A DNA stretch of 64,000 nucleotides, from the IMG/VR virus record IMGVR_UViG_3300033153_013547, positions 124,001 to 188,000 of that record; one strand, written 5' to 3'. The position numbers were made by a program, and so were the translations under genes. Positions 45,576 to 57,103 of the stretch are shown piece after piece. The notes under the pieces were generated by a model. It was not told the origin of the DNA. It saw only the letters and a list, made by a program, of their open reading frames with translations, and made no database searches. How positions within the stretch are numbered: position 1 is the first letter of the stretch; every line of letters begins with the position of its first letter.

Positions 45576-48544
45576 CATTTACTAAACCAGGAATTGGAGA
45601 CAACACAGATCTCAGGCTCTATAATCCTGAGCCAGCAGATGTTGATGTGTCTGTGGTGCTGGGCAGAAAATCAATGACAGAGAGACATATCTATTCTGGT
45701 TATTCTCCCAAGCAATTTATGTATAATATGACATATAATGGAATATTACACAATATGTTGCACTGCAGCACACAAATGGAAATCCCCATATATGCTCCAG
45801 ATCAGTTCTCTGATCCTGACTCACTATACTTTCCGTTCAGTGCAAGTAATCCAGCCTGGGACATCTATTATTGGACAATTACTACTGACATTGATCCCAC
45901 CTACGAAACAAGACCATTTGGATCAAGAAACGTTAGATTTGCCAAAATATATGGGGAGGCCACTATTGAATCAGACTACTTAATATCAGAAGCCTTACCT
46001 GATAAAACACAAATGTTATTTAGCTTCTATTTTAGAAAAATACAATCCATAGATGTTCCAAGACCTGAGGTTGGTTACATAACTATCACAATCAAAGATT
46101 CACTGAACTCTGCTATTCTTGGGATGTCTACATATAATATTGCAGACAATAATTTATACTTGTTTGATCAGGTTTTGTATACTCACTTTCAATATGATAC
46201 CACCAAGATGGCATCAAGCAGAGTTATCGTTACTATTAGTGTGTCTGGCCAGACAAATGAACGTCCTTGTTATACAATAGGTGGCCCACAAATTACGCCA
46301 CTACTATTTGTAGAAACAAATTTAGATACTGACAATACACTTTACTCATTTGGTAACAACCTATACATAGCTCCGTATTACAGCCCAATATACAACAACG
46401 TAATCGATATAGTAGACAACAACTATGATACGACAAGTCCTAATACTCAACTGAAACCCTATATTGGTGGCATTCAATCTCCAAGGCTTGACGCGTTTAT
46501 CAACGAATGCAACGAGTCCAACGCTCGTCCAACAATTTCTTCACAACAACAAGTTATTCCTATAATAAATGCCCAAAATACGGGTAATGGTCCATCTAAT
46601 GGTATCTCTCCAGTAATCCCACCTGATATGATATCAAAAAAACAATATGGATCTGATATAAATAGTTTTGCTTATATGTATTTTGACAATATCATCAAAG
46701 GACCTGGGGTTCATATTTTAGATCTATTGTCTTCTCACTTTATTCCAAATTTTCAGAATGTATGGGACAGATGTTATGTAAGCAATGGTAAATATTATCT
46801 AAAAATAGATGGCACTGCAACAGAAATAGACATAGATTCTGATTATACTTTTGTTGACTTGGCATATGAATCAGAAGGAAACCAGGCATCATATAGAATA
46901 CAAACAATAGATGATCTTGATCATAAGATATATGTAGAACGATGGGTAAAAATCAGTGGAGAAGACATTTATAAAGCAGACAGAGAAACAAAATTCACAA
47001 TATATTTGTTTGGGGATTATAACAATATTCAACCACCATCAACTGATAACTACAATGCAACAAGTTTGCTTTCTGCTTGGGAAGATCTGGCATCATATAA
47101 AATAACAATAGGAGAAGGAGAAACAGACAATAATAAAAACATTGTTCTGTGCTCCAATGATGCTAAAAGACTATGGATAGGAATACATATCAAAACCAAA
47201 TTCCATGCTGCTCTTGCTGGCTATGATGTTGCTGCCTTTGATAAAAAAGAAGTGGAATTTGATGGCTTAGAATCTAGGCCATTGTTTTATTTTGGCAAAG
47301 GAGATGGGCATGACACAAGTGCCAACACAAGTTATTCAATAGCCCCAATTTTCCCCAATGATATCACTTTATATGACATAGGCTTCATAAAAAAGAGATT
47401 CAAAACAGATAATTATGCAACACAAACTCCCGTGTGTATTTCCAATGGAGAAACATACAAATGGGAGCTTCTTGGGCTAGACTTTGCTGCAGCAGTGCCT
47501 TGGTATCAAATACCAACTATAATTTTTGTTACAAAAACTATTGGCAAAAAAACAATAATAGATGTTTCGGCTTCGTCTGGGTTTACACTTGATACAGATA
47601 TAGCCTTTACACTCACAAGCAAGACCAAGCAGGCACATGTGAATTGGCCTAATTATGAATCTGCAGGAGAATATAGCCCATATAGATCTGGGATCAATGA
47701 AATATTCAACGAACATGATGCCAATATTATTAGGCAAACATGGGCAGATTCTTACATAGACGGAATTAATCCATTTACCATAACCGATCTTAGGCTCCAT
47801 GAGGGTTACGTATTAGATCGATTCAATATAACAGACAACAACGATCAACTATATCTAACAGGTGGAGACGGGGATTATCAGGCCGGTCCTCCTGAGCGTT
47901 TCTTTCAGTATTGCACAGAAGCAATATGGCCCACTATTGCTGGCTATGTATCTGGCTATCCTCCTACATTTGCTGATCCAGATGATGTAGAAATTTATTC
48001 AATGACCAGACTACCAGCAACCCATCCTGATTATGGACGTCCAAGGGTGGTTTTACCAAGTCTTAGCAACAATTATGTGCTAACTATCAGGAGTGATTAC
48101 AGCACCACCTGGTGTCCTGATATAAGTGTTGGCTATGCATCTCTATATGGATTTGCTAATTATGCAGATTATGTAGGAAGTCCAGATGACTATGAAGGTG
48201 ATGATTATTATGGATTGATCACAGATAATTATTCCAAATACATACCAGGCAGTGGTGTTGTCAAACACTTATTACAACATGCTGGCATGGAATATACCAG
48301 CAACTGGTGTTTGGCAGCCAAGATCAAAACAACTATATTAAATGGCTCTAAATTATTTGAGCATACAGTTAGCCCAGCAGAAGTATTGAGATTTATTATT
48401 GATGATGAATTGACAGACAACTGGTTCAATGGCATCATTGATCCACAAATAGGCACAACAGTCAGTTGGCTTGATGCTGATTTCAATGACAAAATAAGCA
48501 CAATACTACCACACTGTAATGTGATGGTAGTTGACGTGGAGTAG
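45572..48544 (+). CDS. Large hypothetical baseplate/appendage protein
   Basis: 990-aa ORF, ATGA-coupled to the upstream gene; Y/D/I/T-rich beta composition. Confidence 0.5.
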   Translation: MTFTKPGIGDNTDLRLYNPEPADVDVSVVLGRKSMTERHIYSGYSPKQFMYNMTYNGILHNMLHCSTQMEIPIYAPDQFSDPDSLYFPFSASNPAWDIYYWTITTDIDPTYETRPFGSRNVRFAKIYGEATIESDYLISEALPDKTQMLFSFYFRKIQSIDVPRPEVGYITITIKDSLNSAILGMSTYNIADNNLYLFDQVLYTHFQYDTTKMASSRVIVTISVSGQTNERPCYTIGGPQITPLLFVETNLDTDNTLYSFGNNLYIAPYYSPIYNNVIDIVDNNYDTTSPNTQLKPYIGGIQSPRLDAFINECNESNARPTISSQQQVIPIINAQNTGNGPSNGISPVIPPDMISKKQYGSDINSFAYMYFDNIIKGPGVHILDLLSSHFIPNFQNVWDRCYVSNGKYYLKIDGTATEIDIDSDYTFVDLAYESEGNQASYRIQTIDDLDHKIYVERWVKISGEDIYKADRETKFTIYLFGDYNNIQPPSTDNYNATSLLSAWEDLASYKITIGEGETDNNKNIVLCSNDAKRLWIGIHIKTKFHAALAGYDVAAFDKKEVEFDGLESRPLFYFGKGDGHDTSANTSYSIAPIFPNDITLYDIGFIKKRFKTDNYATQTPVCISNGETYKWELLGLDFAAAVPWYQIPTIIFVTKTIGKKTIIDVSASSGFTLDTDIAFTLTSKTKQAHVNWPNYESAGEYSPYRSGINEIFNEHDANIIRQTWADSYIDGINPFTITDLRLHEGYVLDRFNITDNNDQLYLTGGDGDYQAGPPERFFQYCTEAIWPTIAGYVSGYPPTFADPDDVEIYSMTRLPATHPDYGRPRVVLPSLSNNYVLTIRSDYSTTWCPDISVGYASLYGFANYADYVGSPDDYEGDDYYGLITDNYSKYIPGSGVVKHLLQHAGMEYTSNWCLAAKIKTTILNGSKLFEHTVSPAEVLRFIIDDELTDNWFNGIIDPQIGTTVSWLDADFNDKISTILPHCNVMVVDVE

Positions 48545-50849
48545 CACAGTGTATAGAGAAATAGATTATCATATTAAAGACAATTCAGACAGGATTGTAA
48601 CAAAACTCAATCCTTATGAAGCACTCACCATTCTATTTGAGAGAAAAGATAGGGGCAATGATGCTAATGATCCAATAGAACTATTACTTGAAAACACACC
48701 ACCTGGTCTTTTTACAGAATCAACAGTAGTAGCATACTGCTCAATAGATGAAATTCCTGAATTAGATTATAATAAAATATACAAACCCATTGGCATAACC
48801 ACAGATGATATAGATGGCATTGTCAAACTTAATAGATATGACAAAACTCAAACCAACAATTATTGGGATTACTATCCCAAAACAAAAACCATTAAACTTG
48901 TGCTTGCATCAACTGCTCCTGACATTGTGGCTGTTATTATCTATAAACCCACAGCTATTACTGTTTATCAAGATCTGACCCCAAGATGGAGTCCTTATGT
49001 TGAGTCTGGATTCTATTTGTTTGACAATGATTATTATTTTTATCCACTACCTACTGTTCAAGATGAAGGGGTTATACTGACAGACAATGAGATAACATTA
49101 CACAATCTCAATATGTTGAAATTCTTCAATCCAAATATTTATGGATCAAGCAATTTTGCAAATTTGTTTGACAATATAGTAGATACCACACAAGAATTTA
49201 CCTTATTAGGAAACAACATTAATACACAAAAGCCTATTAATATTATTGTGGGTAACCAGTGGGAATTTGATGAATTTGTAGAGGATCTGGAAATAACCAT
49301 TGCAGACATAATAGATATTTTTACATACAATGATGAATTGAGGTTCGTCAAGGCAAACAATATCATCTCTGATGTTAATAACAATACTCTATTCACAATC
49401 GATGCGGGAGCAGGATGGGAAATAACTTCTGCTGAATATCGACATAATCAATTATACTATTCTGCAGAAAACCTACCAAATTACAAGGTGTCTATTGTTG
49501 ACTTCGATGCCGTTGGCAATCAGATCGCACAATGGCAATCATCAAGAATTGAATACCCAACGACAGATCAAATACATTCCACTGGTCTAATTAATAATAG
49601 TTCGTTTGCCTTTGTAGATGGTGAAGTTAGAATACTAAATAATATTCCTGATGGATTAGTTATAGACAAAACCTATGATTTACAAAACTTTGAACAGTTT
49701 GATACATCTTTGGAAGTGTCCAGTGGAACCTTTCATGTTTTTTATGATACCACTATTGAAGATGTCTGTTATTACAAAGATTCTTTATTTGTTCTTGTCA
49801 AGTGTTACCATCAACCCAGTGCAGGCATTCCTCATGCCAATACAGATGCTCCCAACATATGTTTCGTAGCAGAATTTCATAATCAAGATGGCACCTTCAT
49901 CAATGTAGGTTGTCAGATTTTAGAAGAACTCATAACAGCCACGAGGTTTACCATCTTCAATGACACAATGTATGTTGTGGGCACTGGCATTGTTGAATCA
50001 TCTGTTTCAAGTGTCATTGCCAAATATTCTATCACAATCAATAAGCATAGACTATTTCAAACAGGAGAATTCTGCATCAAAGAGACAATAGATATAGAAA
50101 AAAAGATAGGAAAATTAAGTTTCTTGAATACAGATTTACTATACACAGAACCATCTGTTGGTTTTGATCATATAGAAGACAACATATATCACTTTAATTA
50201 CATTGGTAGTGATCCTATTGATGTATATTATAAAATAAAAGATGCTTTCAAAATTATCAAAAACACAGACAACATAGGAAATAACAGTTTTGATCTTGTG
50301 TTTAGCAATCCTCAAACAATTTTTGGAGCCATATATGACAGTAGTGGTGAAAAAAGTACCAATATGAGAACAGATCCTTTGCTAACAGGATCAAGGTATT
50401 TGTATGTTGCTGGATCTAACAGCACCCTTCCAGTAACCCATATTGGACTAAGTGCTAATAGCAATACTCTTGGTGATGACATAATAATTAGTGGTAGACT
50501 TACGCATAACGATACATTTATTTCTGATCGTAATGTGGCTATCAGCATATACCAAATATCTGCTATTGAAGTCATTGAAAATTCAGAAGTTACTGGATAT
50601 CAATATATTTTTACAGAACTTGATCCATCAAATCCCAATGTTGTGCTCAAAGATCTAAGTGGTGAATCTAATGAACATGGATCATTTTCTTTTGTTGTAG
50701 AAACAACACTATTGAGCACAGATTATCACTATATGGTAGTTGTATCAATAGACAATGTCAATGCTTACGAACTAATAATTAGTAGCAGTCAAGTGGCCCC
50801 TATTATTGCAACTTCACTCTATGATGCTATTGCTGAGTTATTGATGTAA
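48531..50849 (+). CDS. Large hypothetical baseplate/appendage protein
   Basis: 772-aa ORF with GTG start overlapping the upstream stop; beta-rich. Confidence 0.5.
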   Translation: MTWSSTVYREIDYHIKDNSDRIVTKLNPYEALTILFERKDRGNDANDPIELLLENTPPGLFTESTVVAYCSIDEIPELDYNKIYKPIGITTDDIDGIVKLNRYDKTQTNNYWDYYPKTKTIKLVLASTAPDIVAVIIYKPTAITVYQDLTPRWSPYVESGFYLFDNDYYFYPLPTVQDEGVILTDNEITLHNLNMLKFFNPNIYGSSNFANLFDNIVDTTQEFTLLGNNINTQKPINIIVGNQWEFDEFVEDLEITIADIIDIFTYNDELRFVKANNIISDVNNNTLFTIDAGAGWEITSAEYRHNQLYYSAENLPNYKVSIVDFDAVGNQIAQWQSSRIEYPTTDQIHSTGLINNSSFAFVDGEVRILNNIPDGLVIDKTYDLQNFEQFDTSLEVSSGTFHVFYDTTIEDVCYYKDSLFVLVKCYHQPSAGIPHANTDAPNICFVAEFHNQDGTFINVGCQILEELITATRFTIFNDTMYVVGTGIVESSVSSVIAKYSITINKHRLFQTGEFCIKETIDIEKKIGKLSFLNTDLLYTEPSVGFDHIEDNIYHFNYIGSDPIDVYYKIKDAFKIIKNTDNIGNNSFDLVFSNPQTIFGAIYDSSGEKSTNMRTDPLLTGSRYLYVAGSNSTLPVTHIGLSANSNTLGDDIIISGRLTHNDTFISDRNVAISIYQISAIEVIENSEVTGYQYIFTELDPSNPNVVLKDLSGESNEHGSFSFVVETTLLSTDYHYMVVVSIDNVNAYELIISSSQVAPIIATSLYDAIAELLM

Positions 50850-50852
50850 ATT

Positions 50853-53552
50853 ATGTCACATCCATTCAACAACAATATTATCTTGAAATATGCTGGTCAA
50901 GGAACAACCAGTAATATTGTACCACAGCAAAACATAGTTACTTTTGATGATGTCAATATTGATAATCAACTATCAGAACTATTGGTAAATACTTCTGTTG
51001 TCAACCTCATAGTAGATGGACAATATGCTGTGTGTCATTTTAGCAATACTACAGAAGCAAATGATAACAACACTATAGATTATGATAACTCATATAATTC
51101 TACCCTGCTGTTCTCTCCAGCTCTGTCAATAGACAACACCAAACAGATCAATCTGGGTGTTAGTGTTTATAACGATTGTTCTATTGACAAAAACCTAATT
51201 ATAGCAAATACACTTCAAACAGAAGCTGCTATAAAAGATATATTGTATAAGCAAACACACAGACTCATTGAGGGTACACCAGTGGGAGAAACTGATTGGG
51301 CTACTCGATACACTTCTATTCAATTTCATGGTGAAAGAGCGTTTTTGCCTGATGATCCCATCCCGTTTTTCTATCAGTTCCCACTTACTTACTCACACAT
51401 GGGCATCATAGATACTGGTATTGCTTATTACAGAGCGTCTAAGAACGATCCAGGTGGTATTGCCTATGATTCATCCGAACTATTTTACATAGGTAACGAT
51501 CTCAAGGTATTTGATGAACAAGGAAGGCTGTTGATCAATGGACTTGACTATATTGCTCTGATAACGGATCTATTGAGTGAAACTACAACGGTAATAGACA
51601 ATGCCTTTGATATTACCCTCTATCTTAACAAACAACCACATGAAATATGGACAGTGGAATATGATAAATGCAATACTTCTGCTGGCAAAATGACAGGATA
51701 TGAAAACAATTTTTCAGAATACATAGTGGCAACACCCGTAGATCTTGACACATCGATTTATCCAAGAGCCGTGAAAAACGGTAAGCCCATTTATACAACC
51801 CTTGATAATGATATCTCTGTTAGCAAATCCTCAGCCCTAACACCTTATGATCCATGGAACATCAGAATACACAGGGGCAACATAACCCAAATAATTAGAT
51901 TTGACAGATTTGTACATACTTCTGCTGTTAATGAAGTGTCACCTGTCCAAGCAGTTTTGTTCAATGCTGTTTCATACAAAGGGGATATTATTACACTGAG
52001 TTCAGATCTCACTGGTAACATAATTCCCAAGATACAGACAGTGTTGCAAAGTGCTGGGCTTACTATAACAGCAGATGGCCATGTTACTAAGGACAATGTC
52101 AATCAAGAAATCAAATTAGGCTTGACATACAGAGTCAATGTAGCAGAAGAAGATATTGCCAATAATAGCAATAGTATTATCTTTGAAGCCCTTGAAGAGG
52201 CTACACCCTTTACCAACACCAAGATTAGAGTAAGCAACACTCCAATTTTTATGGGTGGAAATGTAACAGATCCAGACACCAACACAACAGGGCATATAAT
52301 AGTAACCATTGGTGATGAAATCTATACTCCTGATGACTACAATATGACAATAGACTCCTATGGTGGTACTATTGATCTTGGTATAGATCTTAGTAGAAGA
52401 CTCAAAACAGATAGAATATACGTTCGTTATCTATATGTAAAAGATTATTATTTGGTCAAAGAATTAGAAATAGCAGATGGCACCAAGTATCTGCTGGACT
52501 TTAATCCAGCCACTGGTCACTATTGTTCTGTTGAATCTGTAATAGAAGAAATGTCATCCCATGAATCAGGGCAATACTATACAGATTTTGTAGATCTAGT
52601 CTTTGACACAAGAGACTATCCTAAATCTATTGGAGATTATGATCTTTCTGCTGATTTGGATGCCATATTATATGATGGCACAACGTTAGCCAGCAGCAAT
52701 GAAATAAGCTATCCCAGGATCAATAGCCAAGCCTACAATTCTGTTCAGTTGCTTGATTTCTATTCTAAATATATGCCTTCATATACTTTACTAAAACGCA
52801 ATTTACATGTTTATTTATTACCAACAACAATAGATCTGAGAGTTCCAGAAATTGGTGGGTATGATAAGATATATCCAATCGTTAATTTGGGGTATCTTGA
52901 TAATGTGCGAATAAGTTTCGATGACAACATATTTAACCCAGATTCACCTTCATATAATGGATTGCTTCTACGGCTTTGTATCATAAATATGCTTTCAAAT
53001 AATAGATTTAATATTATTGATTCAAGAACCAGGGGTGGTGAGATTGCCCTTCCTTATTTTGATGTAGGACCACAAGATGTGGTGGCACCAGGAAATCTTG
53101 TTATAACTTTACCTGCATCTGTTCAATCCTCTATACAAAATGGCAAATTTAGTGAGCAAGAGCTAGCTGAAGCTATAGACAACTATATTAGGGCAGGATT
53201 TGGCTATATTGTAAAATATGATAAAAGTGCACCATTGAAACTAACCGTATCTGCCAAACTATGTGAGACTTCTGGATCAATGTTGTTGAGAGGAGAGTCA
53301 CCTCTCTGTGTCCAATTTTTTGCAGAAGCTGTAGGAACAGATCCTATCACAATAGTGTGGTCATTTGGAGATCAATTTACAAGTAATGACCCCAATCCTG
53401 TTCATATGTATATTAATGAATCAAGTGATGTAAAGATTTTTAGTGCTATTGCAACTGCATATGATAGCTCAGGCAATATGATCTCTAAGTATGTTGGTCC
53501 CATTACTGTTGTTCCACCAATGAACATTGAAATTGATGGAGAGGTAGATTAA
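50853..53552 (+). CDS. Baseplate-region protein with C-terminal PKD domain
   Basis: C-terminal PLCVQFFAE...IVWSFGDQFTSNDPNPVHMY...ATAYDSSGN is a PKD signature; it is preceded by a DSRTRGG...AIDNYIRAGFGYIVKY segment. Confidence 0.6.
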   Translation: MSHPFNNNIILKYAGQGTTSNIVPQQNIVTFDDVNIDNQLSELLVNTSVVNLIVDGQYAVCHFSNTTEANDNNTIDYDNSYNSTLLFSPALSIDNTKQINLGVSVYNDCSIDKNLIIANTLQTEAAIKDILYKQTHRLIEGTPVGETDWATRYTSIQFHGERAFLPDDPIPFFYQFPLTYSHMGIIDTGIAYYRASKNDPGGIAYDSSELFYIGNDLKVFDEQGRLLINGLDYIALITDLLSETTTVIDNAFDITLYLNKQPHEIWTVEYDKCNTSAGKMTGYENNFSEYIVATPVDLDTSIYPRAVKNGKPIYTTLDNDISVSKSSALTPYDPWNIRIHRGNITQIIRFDRFVHTSAVNEVSPVQAVLFNAVSYKGDIITLSSDLTGNIIPKIQTVLQSAGLTITADGHVTKDNVNQEIKLGLTYRVNVAEEDIANNSNSIIFEALEEATPFTNTKIRVSNTPIFMGGNVTDPDTNTTGHIIVTIGDEIYTPDDYNMTIDSYGGTIDLGIDLSRRLKTDRIYVRYLYVKDYYLVKELEIADGTKYLLDFNPATGHYCSVESVIEEMSSHESGQYYTDFVDLVFDTRDYPKSIGDYDLSADLDAILYDGTTLASSNEISYPRINSQAYNSVQLLDFYSKYMPSYTLLKRNLHVYLLPTTIDLRVPEIGGYDKIYPIVNLGYLDNVRISFDDNIFNPDSPSYNGLLLRLCIINMLSNNRFNIIDSRTRGGEIALPYFDVGPQDVVAPGNLVITLPASVQSSIQNGKFSEQELAEAIDNYIRAGFGYIVKYDKSAPLKLTVSAKLCETSGSMLLRGESPLCVQFFAEAVGTDPITIVWSFGDQFTSNDPNPVHMYINESSDVKIFSAIATAYDSSGNMISKYVGPITVVPPMNIEIDGEVD

Positions 53553-53559
53553 TTATCAA

Positions 53560-56500
53560 ATGACAAGTAGAATCATTAAAAACTATCAATTCCACAATCT
53601 CCTCGGCACTCCACCTGCTTTAGGATCGGTAACACTCGATTTAGAACCATGGATATCTGGAGGACTTGCTCCGTTCACATATTTGTGGACATTCGATTGT
53701 CTTGGTACTACATCAACAGACAAATATCCCTCTGTTGTTTATACAACACATGGTACCTTCATGACCGACAACATATCTGAAGCCATGGCAACCAGCACAT
53801 GGCGTTCATATAATTTTAATGATCCTTCAATTAACTTGTTTGAAATAGTAGATGGAAAACTCCTCAGAAGATATGGCGGTGCTCGTGATATAGGAAAATA
53901 CTATGAAAAACTTGCTGGTGGCACCCGTATTAACCCCTCTGCGTGTGAAGGATATTATCCAACACCTGTAGAATCCACTGTTCCTGTGGGATCATCATCT
54001 GTTGGTTCCAGTTGTGAACTATTAAGTGTGGGGCCCTATTGTCTCCCCATTTGTTCTGGTAGTGAGCATGATTGTGTAAATGGAGCTACTACTTTTGAAT
54101 TTGGTTTGTTTGGATCTGTTCAATTAGATGGCACCAATCCTGGTACTGATATAGACCTTGTTCTAAGTGGTCCTTACAGGCTAACTGATGGCACAGATAC
54201 TATACACACTGCTCTGTCTTATTTCTACTTAGACTTAGGCATACCTGCCACAACATGGGGGGCACCAGGTGGTCACCCAACCCTTGGTGGGAGTAGTGTT
54301 GTCCTTCCTTATAGCAAGTCATACATATATTTCAATAATTGTCCAAGGTTTTATTTACTAAAAGGGGAATGGTTGATAGAAAACTACTTCACCAGTGCTA
54401 CAAATAAATGGTTCTATGAATTTGATGCTACTATTTCTATCAACAATAGTCTTAGCTCAACCTTCAATAATGTAACTGGCAACAAAGATACTACTGATCC
54501 TTATGATATCTTGGGCTATGAGGGGGGTGGAGCTGCCCCCATAACAGCCCAACGAGTAGCATGGAATGCTGGAACCGGTGCTTGTGTATCTGTAAATCTT
54601 AGCTCTAAAAGACTAAGACCAAATGAACGAAGCTTTGTAGACATTGATATCATAGATAACGACGGAACATGCCTCAAAGACGGAATGAAAATATGGATCT
54701 CTCCAATAATGTATGTGGGTGCCGGTGCTCCGGATCCTGCTGTTGACTTGAACAACATCAATATGACCACCATAAATTATAGCAGTTTGTTAGATCCTCA
54801 TATGAACATACTGCCAAATGATGCGGCACCAATCATAACAACAGGAGGAAACCTAACGACCAGTGAGTATTCATTTGGACATCCAATTCTGCCTCCTGCA
54901 ACCCCTATAGGCACTCCAGCATGGACAACATCAGACAATTTGGGTGTCAACTTCTCCATAACTGCTGATGCAGATGCTGCTACTACCATAACATGTAGAC
55001 TCAATCTTGATATACAAAATAACATGGATGGAATAAGATATGTTCTTGTAAGAATCACTAATTGTGATGCCTGCGACGGGGGAGAAGATGCAGGAAAAAT
55101 AGAACTCGGAGAAGATGGAGGGGCCAGCAAAGGGTGTTCTAATTATATTGTTTTTCTTGGTTGGTCTGATGAAACCTCATATTTCAACGAATTTGGACAT
55201 AGAGCAGTTATTAGATATTATGATCCATCAGATCCAACCAATATTGATGCCAACAATCTCAGTTTGATAGCATCAACACTAAATAGCTATTTAGTGGTTG
55301 ACATTACAGACACCAATGTAGAAACCCTAGAAGCTACTATTACATACGACAGAGGATATGGTGGCATCCCCCCAGGACTTCAACTACTAAACACAAGCAT
55401 TGATGGCAAATTCTTTGCCTATGAGCACCCAGTAAGAGACACAACAATGATATGGATCCCATGGATAGAATCGGGGGCAGCTGAGTTGGAAACAACTTAC
55501 AGACATTACAATGTTATTGATGGTATTACCTATCCAGAATTCTCCTGTCTCAATAATGATATGCCATATTTTATGGTATATGGAACACCCCCAACATATA
55601 CTAATGAGGCAGCCCCATCTTTTACCGAGTATATTCAATCAAATCCTTCAGACCCCATAATCAACAGTGACACAGAGGAGGAGCTTTTGTGTATAACTGG
55701 TTGGCCACTTCTTGAATTCTACTCAACACCTCTTGGGTCTACAACTGACCCATGTGTTGGTTTCTTTATATGGAATTTGGCAGTGGGTGAATGTTGCTGG
55801 GGCAGTTCATCTGATTCTGATGATGGAAGCAGTGTTTCTGTCCCAGCAACCTTTTTTGGTTATACAACCAAACTTGGGACCATATATCAATCTCTGCCTA
55901 TGCTAATTGGAGAATATTCTGTATTATCTACAGAATGGATCCCACCATGGCTTGGTGTATTTATCAGAGAGGGGACATACATCCCCACTACAGCACTGAC
56001 TGATTATACAACTGGATTTACTTATCAATATTATTCTCTTTGTAATATTGGTTTGTCTGTTACTGATGACATGGGCACTGTTAAAACTGATACTACACAG
56101 GTTGCTTTATTATATGACATAACCAGTGCACAGATCAACTTGAGTGCTGCTGATTATACTTTTGAGGACAGAAACATATATTTTGTTGGCAGCAACATAA
56201 CATTTACAGCAACAACAAATAATCCATTACCTGCAGCCATAATTACCTATGCATGGGATTTTGGTGATACTACTACATCAGCAGCCAACCCAGCTACTCA
56301 TACATATACAGCACAAGGCAATTATCTTGTAACAGTTGTTGCTACTGATAACAATGGCAACACATGGTCAACAACTCATATTGTGGAAATTAGAGATCCA
56401 TTTAAGGTTTCTGTCAACCCATCTACGACAAAAATTATGCCCAATACTATTGGTGATTTTAGCATATTGGCTTACCACAATATACCCATGGACATATCCA

Positions 56501-57102
56501 ACCCACCATATACATATACATTCAGTCTTGCAAGTGGCACCACAGTAGATTCAGAGAATGTAGAATACTATCACAAATCTAGGTGTTATTCTATGTTTGT
56601 AAACAGTGATCCAACAGGAGTGGATTTCTGCTATAAAGATGTTGACGAAACATTGGTTCTTCAAACCATGCATGATAATAGATTCAAACGTTCCACTGTT
56701 ACCTATGGCATCAATGATGGAACAGAATTTATATCAGATATGGTATACATTAGTTTGGCAGATGATTATAACTACGACAATTCACTTCTCTTAGGCAAAA
56801 TGATTTTTGAGTCTAACGATGAAGAAGCACTTATATTAGCAAATAACACCAATGATTTGAGCACAGGATATGCTGAAGTTTATTTAGATAGATATGTAAG
56901 TGTTAGTACCACAGATACATTTTACATAAAAATTGAAAGAATTTTTGGAAGCAATCAAGGAGTCTATGCTGTTGGATATAATCATATGTATTTAGACCAA
57001 CCATCCATCAGTCCACCTGAAGACTATTTGGTGGTTTCTTGTGTAGATGCAGATGGCTTTGCGTTAGAACCATCTGATCCATTGACTATAAAGTGGCTAT
57101 AA
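53560..57102 (+). CDS. PKD-domain-containing putative adhesion/appendage protein
   Basis: Complete PKD at about 56188-56395 (ITFTA...YAWDFGDTTTSAANPATHTYTAQGNYLVTVVATDNNG) plus split PKD-like halves; Cys/Gly/Pro-rich interior. Confidence 0.65.
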   Translation: MTSRIIKNYQFHNLLGTPPALGSVTLDLEPWISGGLAPFTYLWTFDCLGTTSTDKYPSVVYTTHGTFMTDNISEAMATSTWRSYNFNDPSINLFEIVDGKLLRRYGGARDIGKYYEKLAGGTRINPSACEGYYPTPVESTVPVGSSSVGSSCELLSVGPYCLPICSGSEHDCVNGATTFEFGLFGSVQLDGTNPGTDIDLVLSGPYRLTDGTDTIHTALSYFYLDLGIPATTWGAPGGHPTLGGSSVVLPYSKSYIYFNNCPRFYLLKGEWLIENYFTSATNKWFYEFDATISINNSLSSTFNNVTGNKDTTDPYDILGYEGGGAAPITAQRVAWNAGTGACVSVNLSSKRLRPNERSFVDIDIIDNDGTCLKDGMKIWISPIMYVGAGAPDPAVDLNNINMTTINYSSLLDPHMNILPNDAAPIITTGGNLTTSEYSFGHPILPPATPIGTPAWTTSDNLGVNFSITADADAATTITCRLNLDIQNNMDGIRYVLVRITNCDACDGGEDAGKIELGEDGGASKGCSNYIVFLGWSDETSYFNEFGHRAVIRYYDPSDPTNIDANNLSLIASTLNSYLVVDITDTNVETLEATITYDRGYGGIPPGLQLLNTSIDGKFFAYEHPVRDTTMIWIPWIESGAAELETTYRHYNVIDGITYPEFSCLNNDMPYFMVYGTPPTYTNEAAPSFTEYIQSNPSDPIINSDTEEELLCITGWPLLEFYSTPLGSTTDPCVGFFIWNLAVGECCWGSSSDSDDGSSVSVPATFFGYTTKLGTIYQSLPMLIGEYSVLSTEWIPPWLGVFIREGTYIPTTALTDYTTGFTYQYYSLCNIGLSVTDDMGTVKTDTTQVALLYDITSAQINLSAADYTFEDRNIYFVGSNITFTATTNNPLPAAIITYAWDFGDTTTSAANPATHTYTAQGNYLVTVVATDNNGNTWSTTHIVEIRDPFKVSVNPSTTKIMPNTIGDFSILAYHNIPMDISNPPYTYTFSLASGTTVDSENVEYYHKSRCYSMFVNSDPTGVDFCYKDVDETLVLQTMHDNRFKRSTVTYGINDGTEFISDMVYISLADDYNYDNSLLLGKMIFESNDEEALILANNTNDLSTGYAEVYLDRYVSVSTTDTFYIKIERIFGSNQGVYAVGYNHMYLDQPSISPPEDYLVVSCVDADGFALEPSDPLTIKWL

Positions 57103-57103
57103 T

